From Minisyncoccota bacterium (lineage in GTDB: Bacteria > Patescibacteriota > Minisyncoccia > JAHIHE01 > JAGLIN01), in NCBI GenBank assembly GCA_028691985.1, contig JAQUYG010000001.1, positions 27,617 to 91,616 of the forward strand: a stretch of 64,000 nt of DNA, given 5' to 3'. Position numbers and translations under genes: made by a program. The notes below the pieces were generated by a model. The model ran no database searches and was not told the origin of the DNA. It was given only the letters and a program-made list of their open reading frames with translations. Each line of letters begins with the position of its first letter. Within the stretch, counting starts at the first letter, position 1. Of this stretch, positions 56,667 to 64,000 are shown in pieces.

Positions 56667-57413
56667 TTATTTTCTTAATAAATCCGCGAGTGGCTTGAAA
56701 TCCTCTTTTTTGATTTCTTCCTCAAAAAACTCCCCCTTACTCCAGAAGATTTTATAAGCCTTAGCAGACGATTTTGAACTTATGATACGATATTTGTCAT
56801 CAACAATCTCCAGCGCAGCGCAATTATCGATTGCGATTGCCACTCCCGAAGTCCTGTCCATCATTTCTCTTAATGCTTTCTTTCTATTTTTTTCAACATC
56901 ATAGTGTGGACAATGCAAAGCCTTTATCACTCCCAGCCCCGATACCTTGATAAGCTCATCCTTTCCACTAGTAAACCTCAACGAATCACTAAGCCCGTTT
57001 TTAAACCAACATATCGACCCTGCGCTTAATCCTGCCATAATTTTTCCTTTTTGGACGGCATCAACCAGCAACTCATCAACTCCATTTTTCCTCCAGATTT
57101 TCATCATAGAAAGCGTATCTCCCCCTCCCACATAAATTATATCCGCTCTGTCTATTTTGTCCTTAATTTCCTTTTTAGTTAAACCGCCTTTTATGAGAAG
57201 AAGGTTGTCCATCTCACAACCCAATTTCTCTCCAAAATATTTTCGCACGACTTCAATATATAAAGCCGAATCCAGACTTGCCGTCGGGACAAAAAGCAAC
57301 CTCGGCCTTTTCTTCCCCGCAAGTCCTATAATTTCCTTGTCGATTTCTTCCGTCTCAATCGAAAATCCAGGCCTCCCGATTTCCCCACCACCGATTGCAA
57401 TAATTTTATACAT
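56667..57413 (-). CDS. Peptidase S51 (dipeptidase E / cyanophycinase-like) family protein
   Basis: …LLFVPTAS…IYVGGGDT…IMAGLSAGSICW is the S51 Ser-nucleophile region. Confidence 0.7.
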   Translation of the reverse strand: MYKIIAIGGGEIGRPGFSIETEEIDKEIIGLAGKKRPRLLFVPTASLDSALYIEVVRKYFGEKLGCEMDNLLLIKGGLTKKEIKDKIDRADIIYVGGGDTLSMMKIWRKNGVDELLVDAVQKGKIMAGLSAGSICWFKNGLSDSLRFTSGKDELIKVSGLGVIKALHCPHYDVEKNRKKALREMMDRTSGVAIAIDNCAALEIVDDKYRIISSKSSAKAYKIFWSKGEFFEEEIKKEDFKPLADLLRK

Positions 57414-57452
57414 ATAAAATCCCCATAAATCTTTAAAAAACCCTGCGCCATT

Positions 57453-57770
57453 TTATCTCCAAACCCGTTTTTTATTTATCTCTTCTTTTTCCCTAAACGC
57501 TTTCTCCAGATCAATCCCGTAACGATTGGCAATAGAAAATAAAAAAATCATAATATCAGCCATCTCCTCACCTACAGAAGTTGTTTTAGAATTTTCATCC
57601 ATCTTCATATTTTCCGCCTTACGAATTGCCTTAAAAAGCTCTCCCGTTTCTTCGCCCAAATGAAGCGCTCTTTGCAAAGCCGTCTGATCCGTAAAACCGC
57701 GCTCTTTCTCCAGCTCAGTTACATAATTTTGAAAATCTCCCAAGATTGGATTTTCTCTTAACTCAGGCAT
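57453..57770 (-). CDS. MazG-like nucleotide pyrophosphohydrolase (second copy)
   Basis: …LHLGEETGELFKAIRK…EEMADIMIFLFSIANRYGIDLEKAFREK. Confidence 0.65.
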   Translation of the reverse strand: MPELRENPILGDFQNYVTELEKERGFTDQTALQRALHLGEETGELFKAIRKAENMKMDENSKTTSVGEEMADIMIFLFSIANRYGIDLEKAFREKEEINKKRVWR

Positions 57771-57795
57771 AATTTTGTGATAATATGTTTTATAA

Positions 57796-58314
57796 TTATA
57801 ATCGGATTTTGCCTATTGCCAACTTTATCTTTTCCTCAGAATATCTAAGATAATAATCCATCGCTTTTTCATCTCCCATCTCATACAAAGATTTAGATTC
57901 CCCTAAAGCAGCGATGACATGATTCAACGGATACTTAAAATCTTCTCTCCTCACCCCCGCTGAGTTGCCCATAAATTTATAAGGGATTTCCGTCTCAAAC
58001 TTATCTATCATATTGCCTTGCCTATCCAAAAAAGCAAAAGCTCTAACTATTATTAGCAACTCTCCCTCTTTTAATATTTCACCTCGCAAAATCCTATCGA
58101 CCACACTTTTAGAATCATCACCGTCTTCTGAGCCTTCATATTTCATCCTATCATCCGCACCGACATAAATATCAATATTTCCCCTCCGACCCGCCTCTTT
58201 ATAGGAGTGCAAGGCCTTTTCGAGCGCTTTATTAATTGAACTCCCATGCTCTTCACCCTGCGACTGTAAACCGGAATCAATAAGATCTAAGAAAAAGACA
58301 ATCAGGAAGTCCAC
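57796..58314 (-). CDS. Hypothetical protein
   Basis: 172 aa; no confident family. Confidence 0.35.
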   Translation of the reverse strand: MDFLIVFFLDLIDSGLQSQGEEHGSSINKALEKALHSYKEAGRRGNIDIYVGADDRMKYEGSEDGDDSKSVVDRILRGEILKEGELLIIVRAFAFLDRQGNMIDKFETEIPYKFMGNSAGVRREDFKYPLNHVIAALGESKSLYEMGDEKAMDYYLRYSEEKIKLAIGKIRL

Positions 58315-58408
58315 AGCCAGAAAGCAGTCCTTTTATAATCTCAAATTTATCTTTATTTTGGGTTGCTATTAATATTTTCATAAAATTCATATTTTTAGTA
58401 AATATTAA

Positions 58409-58762
58409 TCAAATCTTATCACAAATCCTATAAAAATCATAACCGCTGAGAAGAAGGCCGCAAGAGCAATCCTTCTTTATATATCTCTGATGATTACATT
58501 TGAGGAATATAATCGAGTCCAAACACTTCTTGGCAAAAAAGACAAACCACGCCCCATAATCCACGAATTTACCTTCGCCGGCTCAATCAACGGTACTGTT
58601 TATGGTCGTTTTTACACTGCCAAGACTAAAAAGAAACTTCTAATATCAGGTGAAATTCGAGAACACGCACATTATCATTGCACGAGGAAATCAAAAAAAT
58701 GTAATCAGAAGAAAAATCTTCCTCTAGAAAAGTTAGAAACGATGCTTGAGAAAGAAATATAA
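58409..58762 (+). pseudogene. Remnant of a large serine recombinase. It covers the recombinase/Zn-ribbon-region fragment, the Cys ligands are lost, and there is no catalytic domain.
   Basis: The open frame reads …ITFEEYNRVQTLLGKKDKPRPIIHEFTFAGSINGTVYGRFYTAKTKKK…YHCTRKSKKCNQKKNLPLEKLETMLEKEI. This matches the I.eEef..VQ..L…Y.FsGLl.CG.CG…YYrC…C…LE..V pattern of phage-type serine integrases. Confidence 0.45.
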
Positions 58763-59324
58763 AAATAAAATATCCTGCGCCAGAAGCAGAATATCTAAGA
58801 TTAGAACCGACAAAAATACCGATGGATAAAACAAAAACAGAGGCTGCTGCCTCCGTTCGTGCACACTGGCTCTGTAGTAATTTTATATACTTGATCCAAT
58901 CATAGCATAGTTATTTTACCAATGATTTTCCATTTTTATTACATATTCCCCTAATCACAAGATATCTCTTGATATTATTATGCACTTTACATTCAAATAG
59001 AAAAAATTACCATAAGTACCATCATTCCTTTTACTGCTTCAGAAAAGGAATGCCTTACACTTAATCTTTTCGGCTAGCGCTCCATATGAATTCGCCCCCC
59101 CCTAATACCGTTTATGTTCACGGTCAACCTAAGACCGTTCTTTAATCCTCTTCTGATTCAAATTTACCTTTTGAGGGTATAAAAAATTATCGCGTATCTA
59201 AACGATAATTTTGTCGGCTCCGAAAGCTAGACGATATTAAAACCTATTTCTTAAACAGCAACGAGTATTTTTACATAACTAAACCAAGCGAGGAAGGCGC
59301 CATAATTAATTCCATAAAACGATT

Positions 59325-60020
59325 TTATTCTGTCCAAATTCTTACTTTGCCACAACCCTCTTCAGCATCATTCACAATATCGAATATACTATCAATTTTA
59401 GGACTATATGCTTCAAGTTCATCACCATTTTTTAGTGTTACTCTAACTTTCCTATCATGCGTTTGACCACCCTCTCTTATATTACAATTGGCTGCCGATT
59501 CTTTTATTAGATTCCAATTCTTTTTGTTCTGATCTGATTCCTTATTTACAAAAATAATAGAGCTAAATTCGGATTTTAAAATCAGCTTGCCATCCTCATC
59601 AAATAAAAACTTTTCCGATTCAGCAAGTAATTTTTTAAATATTTCTTCCTGCGAGTTTTCGCAATACATTTGATTTGATGTAAATAAACCGAAATCAATA
59701 TTATCTCCATCTTTTTTGAATTCACTTGAGAAACTATTACAATCAGTGGTCCCATTTAGTTCTCCGCTTTCCGTAAATGTGATAGCAAAAGCATCATGCA
59801 CCCTTGGAAAAATTATTTCGTCTTTGCTTACAATAGTTTTTTCCCAATCCCATCTTGCCCCAACAAGATTGTTATCAGTTGGTTTGTTTAAAACCATCGG
59901 ATTATCATCTTGGTTTAATTGCCCCCTTATAGAACTTTTACTATAAATTCCAGTTATATACGCGAATACGATCATTATAATAAATACAAATGTAACTATT
60001 ATTGTATTAGATTTTTTCAT
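59325..60020 (-). CDS. Hypothetical secreted protein
   Basis: N-terminal signal/TM (IIVTFVFIIMIVFAYITGIYS); contains Cys pairs. Confidence 0.4.
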   Translation of the reverse strand: MKKSNTIIVTFVFIIMIVFAYITGIYSKSSIRGQLNQDDNPMVLNKPTDNNLVGARWDWEKTIVSKDEIIFPRVHDAFAITFTESGELNGTTDCNSFSSEFKKDGDNIDFGLFTSNQMYCENSQEEIFKKLLAESEKFLFDEDGKLILKSEFSSIIFVNKESDQNKKNWNLIKESAANCNIREGGQTHDRKVRVTLKNGDELEAYSPKIDSIFDIVNDAEEGCGKVRIWTE

Positions 60021-60345
60021 TTTCTATTTTTATTATTTATTATCTATTTATTACAACGATCGAGAAAGAATAAAGTAACTTATTTTTTATATTTCGATTA
60101 TACCAAGTATCCCTAATCTTTTCAAACCTCTGATTTGAAGTATAAAAAATACACCTGATATTGAGCATATTTAAAATTACTTCAGTAATGAGATGCAAAC
60201 CGGTCGGTTGTACAGAAATATTACCGTCAGTTCGATACCTGCTTCTGTCACAAAATATCAGATATTTTTCTACTTTCTATAAAAGTAATTAAATTCTTGA
60301 TTAGCAAAAGGTTTCATACTACTATATAGAGAGAAAAGGTAAATT

Positions 60346-61041
60346 TTGAAATATTCTATGAAAAAATATCCATTAATACTCATTCTATGTCTTGTGTTAT
60401 TTTTCTCTCTCCTGATCGTTTTAGAAAAAAGTAAGTACGATATTGCAGATATTATCAACGAAATTATAAGGTTCGTCGAAAAGGCAGATGATAAAAAAGA
60501 TTGGGACACCAAAGTGATTGAAGATGATTGCACGCGCAATTTAGTGACAGCAGCGGTTGAGCAAACTACAAAAAATGTCGTTTACGACCCAACCTATTTT
60601 CATATAGACTATCCGAACGGCGATGTACCATCGGACAGAGGGGTTTGTACTGATGTAATAATAAGAGCTTATCGCTCAGTCGGAGCTGATTTGCAGAAAG
60701 AGGTCCATGAGGATATGATAAAAAATTTTGACCTCTACCCCAAAAAATGGGGAATGACCGAAACTGATACCAATATCGATCATCGTCGTGTCCCTAATCT
60801 TCAAGTCTTCTTCAAACATTTCGGAGAAGAACTCGAAATTTCCAAGAATCCCGAATCTTATCAGCCAGGTGATATTGTGACTTGGAACATGCCCTCAGGT
60901 CGACCGCACATCGGGCTGGTCAGCAATTTCAGTAAAAATAACATACCCTTAATCATCCATAATATAGGCACCGGACCAAAGATAGATGACATGCTTTTTG
61001 TTTTTGAAATAAGCGGACATTATAGATATTTCTGTAAATAA
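60346..61041 (+). CDS. DUF1287-family secreted protein
   Basis: …YFHIDYPNGDVPSDRGVCTDVIIRAYRSVGADLQ…GDIVTWNMPSGRPHIGLVS… The assignment to DUF1287 is tentative. Confidence 0.5.
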   Translation: MKYSMKKYPLILILCLVLFFSLLIVLEKSKYDIADIINEIIRFVEKADDKKDWDTKVIEDDCTRNLVTAAVEQTTKNVVYDPTYFHIDYPNGDVPSDRGVCTDVIIRAYRSVGADLQKEVHEDMIKNFDLYPKKWGMTETDTNIDHRRVPNLQVFFKHFGEELEISKNPESYQPGDIVTWNMPSGRPHIGLVSNFSKNNIPLIIHNIGTGPKIDDMLFVFEISGHYRYFCK

Positions 61042-61065
61042 AGATCAGCTAACAGAAAAACAGAA

Positions 61066-61095
61066 GTTGCACCAAGGGGTGCTGCTTTTTGTTCA
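61066..61095 (+). terminator. Intrinsic terminator
   Basis: GTTGCACCaaggGGTGCTGCTTTTTGTT. Confidence 0.5.
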
Positions 61096-61176
61096 TGATT
61101 TTGGACAATGCTGGAACGATTTTATTTAACCCTTTTTCTCGCAACAGCTACCGATTCTGACAAATATCTTATCAGG

Positions 61177-61614
61177 TTACGAATTTGACAGATTAAACAT
61201 ATTGTCATATTTTACACTCGGCAATGAATATATTGCAGAAACGGGGGGGTAAGTTGCAACTTGCAATAAATTTGGAGCTATCAGTAAAGCAGTAGAGGAA
61301 TTGGAATTTACGATATGGTCTAGAATCAAATACATTAGAGATACGAAAAAGAAAGTCAGGGCTATCACTGTGGAAACGATTAGCGAACCAGTTGATCATG
61401 AAGCTCTATATCTAAAGCCAGATATAAACTCGATTTTATCTGTGATTCCAAGATAGTCAGTATTAGCAAAATCCAGATGGGAGCATCTTCTTATCAACCC
61501 ATAAACTTTGAAGTCTTTGCCTAATAAGAATTTAGCAAATATGGTCCATCTTGACCTGAAATTCCTGTTATAAGCGCCACCTTTTGCATATATTCTACTA
61601 AAAAAGTTATTCAA
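61177..61614 (-). pseudogene. gmd: Decayed remnant of GDP-mannose 4,6-dehydratase (N-terminal ~110 aa only, multiple frameshifts)
   Basis: The fragment …RWTIFAKFLLGKDFKVYGLIRRCSHLDFANTDYL… aligns with Gmd …[33 protein letters not shown]… In the next frame …FLYCFTDSSKFIASC aligns with …LHYGDLTDSSNLTRIL. Confidence 0.45.
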
Positions 61615-61739
61615 GCATTCCCCCTTCGGTCATGTCATCGTTTATTCAAATTAAAGTATTGGTTACGCACAAAATATGACTGTAGGATTCCCTTAAGTCA
61701 CTGCAATAGCAACCCCGAGTCATTTTCAGACGGAGATCC

Positions 61740-62408
61740 TTATATATACAATTCTTTTTTGAAATTTTCAGCAAAACCACTCATTATTTCAATCCGTTCT
61801 CTGGCTATAGTATTAGCCGTTTCAGTTAGAAAAATTTCTCCTTTTTTATACTTTTCAATTAATAAAATTATATAATGTAACGAAGAAGCAGTCTCACATC
61901 CGTTTAGAGGTATTAATGGATCATAAATTGGACGACTATATTGCCTCGATTGCAGGGAACTGGCAATAATCCGACTAATAGATATCGCACCCAGACAATC
62001 AAGCTTGTCTGCATCCCGAAGAATCTTTGATTCAAGGGTTTCTCCTTTTTGATTAGAACGATGATTTATAATATAATAAACTATTTGGTCTATGATATTA
62101 TCAGAAAGACCATACTTAGACAATATCTCCTTTGCCAACTCTCCACCTTTTATTGCGTGATTTATACACTCACCTATTTCTTCGTGCACTCTGGCGATAT
62201 CGTGCAAGAGAGCAGCAACGGACAATACTAGCAAATCGCCGCCCTCTTTTTCGTGTATAATTTCAACAATTTTACACACTCGTTTAGTATGTGACATCCC
62301 ATGAGAATAATCTTCCAGTTCATCAGGGAAATATACCGTTATTTCCTTCCTAAGAGAATTTAATAACGAATCACGACTATCTGATAAAATATTTTTTGAC
62401 ATTAACAT
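61740..62408 (-). CDS. HD-domain phosphohydrolase
   Basis: …YSHGMSHTKRVCKIVEII…LVLSVAALLHDIAR… is an H…HD motif. Confidence 0.7.
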   Translation of the reverse strand: MLMSKNILSDSRDSLLNSLRKEITVYFPDELEDYSHGMSHTKRVCKIVEIIHEKEGGDLLVLSVAALLHDIARVHEEIGECINHAIKGGELAKEILSKYGLSDNIIDQIVYYIINHRSNQKGETLESKILRDADKLDCLGAISISRIIASSLQSRQYSRPIYDPLIPLNGCETASSLHYIILLIEKYKKGEIFLTETANTIARERIEIMSGFAENFKKELYI

Positions 62409-62459
62409 ATTTATATAATGATATTGTGTTAGATTGACAATACGAATTAATACTTTTAT

Positions 62460-62999
62460 CTACAGCAAAACTTCTAATTGATTAGCTAAATCATATACTA
62501 TCTTTTTCCCGATAGATTCATCACAAGAATCTAAAAAATCTCTTATGCTCTTAATATACTTACTATTATTAGCAAATTTAGGATAAAGATTTTGCTCTCC
62601 CCTCTTACAGATTTTAATAAAATTTCTAAGATGCGATGTGAAGTCAGCCATCTTAATGATTTTAGCTCCCGTAGATATCGTTTTTATTTTTTTATAGTAT
62701 TCCTCTTTTTCTTCTTGATTATAGTTTTTTGGATGAGACACTTCTTGCACTAAATCGGCAATTTCTCTTGAAAAAATACTCTTTATTTCTTCATAGGTAG
62801 TAGAAGTGTCTTCTAGCGTATCATGAAGGAGCCCGGCAACTAGAACCTCTGTATCTTGAATGTCAAATTCATCTCTCATAATGTTAAAGACCTCGAGAAA
62901 ATGATTTTTCTTACCTATTTTTGCAAATTTATCTGCCGCAAATTCTTTTGCTGACTCTATTTGTTTTTCACATTCGATTGATAGTGATTTTGTGGTCAT
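62460..62999 (-). CDS. HD-domain hydrolase, RelA/SpoT small-alarmone-hydrolase-like (paralog of 43586..44125)
   Basis: …EVLVAGLLHDTLEDTSTTYEEIKSIFSREIADLVQEVS…. Confidence 0.65.
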   Translation of the reverse strand: MTTKSLSIECEKQIESAKEFAADKFAKIGKKNHFLEVFNIMRDEFDIQDTEVLVAGLLHDTLEDTSTTYEEIKSIFSREIADLVQEVSHPKNYNQEEKEEYYKKIKTISTGAKIIKMADFTSHLRNFIKICKRGEQNLYPKFANNSKYIKSIRDFLDSCDESIGKKIVYDLANQLEVLL

Positions 63000-63061
63000 A
63001 ATTTTATTTTAAATATTTGAATAATTCATGAACCTCGTTTCGATTCTTTGGCAAATTTTCT

Positions 63062-63388
63062 TTAATTCATCATTGCTGATATTACTGCTATCTGGTTGAC
63101 AATAGTCATATCTATCTCCCCTCTCGCGTATCGTTCCTTGAGGATGTCCAGTGCGGTTTCATTTTGCTGCGCACCTTTGGCACTTTGGACTAAATATCTG
63201 GCAAGATAGATAATTCCCGCTATCACCAGAATCCAAAACAGAAACATAACTATTTCTCCGCCAAACCCGCCATATCCGTTCATCATATTATAGAATCCAT
63301 TATAGCCATCCATCATAGGATGACCGTAATGATCGTCTCCCATATGTGCCTGAGCAAAAGGAATAAAACATAATATAAAAGCTTTCAT
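63062..63388 (-). CDS. Secreted/membrane protein with Gly/Tyr-rich region and C-terminal SHOCT domain
   Basis: Signal MKAFILCFIPFAQA; …GYNGFYNMMNGYGGFGG…; C-terminal …LDILKERYARGEIDMTIVNQ is SHOCT-like. Confidence 0.55.
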   Translation of the reverse strand: MKAFILCFIPFAQAHMGDDHYGHPMMDGYNGFYNMMNGYGGFGGEIVMFLFWILVIAGIIYLARYLVQSAKGAQQNETALDILKERYARGEIDMTIVNQIAVISAMMN

Positions 63389-63424
63389 ATTTTTACATTA
63401 TCGGCTTAATATGATTAGCAAAAT

Positions 63425-64000
63425 CTATCTCTTGATTTTCAAGGACTTGGCATTGATCGCCACCATCACCGTACTCAAAGACATGAGAACGGCTCCCAAT
63501 GCCGGTGAAAGCAGGATCCCTCTACCGGCCAGAATTCCTGCTGCGAGCGGTATGGCAAAAATATTGTAACCAGTTGCCCAAATAAGATTCTGGACCATTT
63601 TTCCGTAAGTTGCTTTGCCGAAAGAGATAAGCAAAGGAACATCTTCAGGGTTGCTGTTTACCAAGATTACATCAGCCGTTTCAGCGGCAACATCGGTTCC
63701 AGATCCAATAGCAATTCCAACATCTGCCTGGGCCAGAGCCGGCGCATCATTGATACCATCTCCCACCATAGCCACGAATTGCCCTTCTTGCTGGAGCTCT
63801 TTAACCTTTTCCTGCTTCTGATCAGGAAGAACGCCTGCGAAATAACCGTCTATTTCTAGCGCATCTGAAACACTCTTAGCAGATGTCTCGTTATCTCCGG
63901 TAAGCATCCACACTTTTATTCCTTGCTGTTTGAGCTTTTTGACCGCTTCAAAAGATTCTTTTCTGACAATATCTGCTAAATTGACAGCCCCAGCCAAAAT
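63425..64000 (-). CDS. P-type (P1B, heavy-metal) ATPase, C-terminal portion. The gene starts beyond the window end.
   Basis: …VAMVGDGINDAPALAQADVGIAIGSGTDVAAETADVIL… is the hinge motif, followed by the two C-terminal TM helices. The frame is open to 64000. Confidence 0.85.
   Translation of the reverse strand: MLAGAVNLADIVRKESFEAVKKLKQQGIKVWMLTGDNETSAKSVSDALEIDGYFAGVLPDQKQEKVKELQQEGQFVAMVGDGINDAPALAQADVGIAIGSGTDVAAETADVILVNSNPEDVPLLISFGKATYGKMVQNLIWATGYNIFAIPLAAGILAGRGILLSPALGAVLMSLSTVMVAINAKSLKIKR

Noticed and set aside
60200-60260. tRNA-like T-loop (CAGTTCGATACCTG)
   Set aside because: No acceptor, D or anticodon stems can be built around it. No other tRNA-like sequence (GGTTCGAATCC-type) was found in any intergenic region of the window.
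1-64000. CRISPR arrays, rRNA genes, retron/RT genes, toxin-antitoxin pairs
   Set aside because: I found no short direct repeats with regular spacing, no 16S/23S-like conserved stretches, no reverse transcriptase or Cas motifs, and no obvious small two-gene TA modules on reading the sequence and the ORF translations.

Overview
This window is a low-GC, gene-dense bacterial chromosome segment. The gene content and style resemble a reduced-genome Patescibacteria/CPR-like organism: strong AAGGAGG-type Shine-Dalgarno sites, many small secreted proteins, competence genes (ComEC/DprA), anaerobic RNR, and RG-tailed DEAD-box helicase. Genetic code 11 is assumed, since TAG, TAA and TGA all act as stops in confident genes.

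The first ~24 kb carries mostly core genes: comEC (partial), nrdD/nrdG, ftsA/ftsZ, dgkA, ybeY, rpsU, HIT, hisS, lepB, an LCP protein, pth, dprA, topA, tyrA/pheA and two aminotransferases. Next come two ECF sigma/anti-sigma pairs. One of these is in a long co-directional array with Hsp20, a LacD/DUF2090-like TIM-barrel protein and an 826-aa double ATP-grasp ligase.

The region from ~34 to 62 kb looks accessory and partly decayed:
- Two tandem RBBP9/YdeN-like serine-hydrolase paralogs are each interrupted by an in-frame TAG.
- A Nudix gene is frameshifted.
- There is a remnant of a large serine recombinase and a remnant of gmd.
- A ~195-nt repeat family is present as two full and two partial copies, with G·U-wobble covariation. 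One full copy sits inside a 404-bp MITE-like element with 22-bp terminal inverted repeats.
- Two clusters of nucleotide pyrophosphohydrolases occur (CYTH, Nudix, RelA/SpoT-type HD, MazG; and ASCH, S51 peptidase, MazG, HD, HD).
- RecQ and a PIF1-like helicase are also present.

The most unusual observation is that nrdD stops, with a clean intrinsic terminator, just before where the Zn-ribbon/glycyl-radical domain should begin. A Cys-rich mini-ORF and an NYN-domain RNase gene lie between it and nrdG.

No tRNA, rRNA or CRISPR array was recognised.
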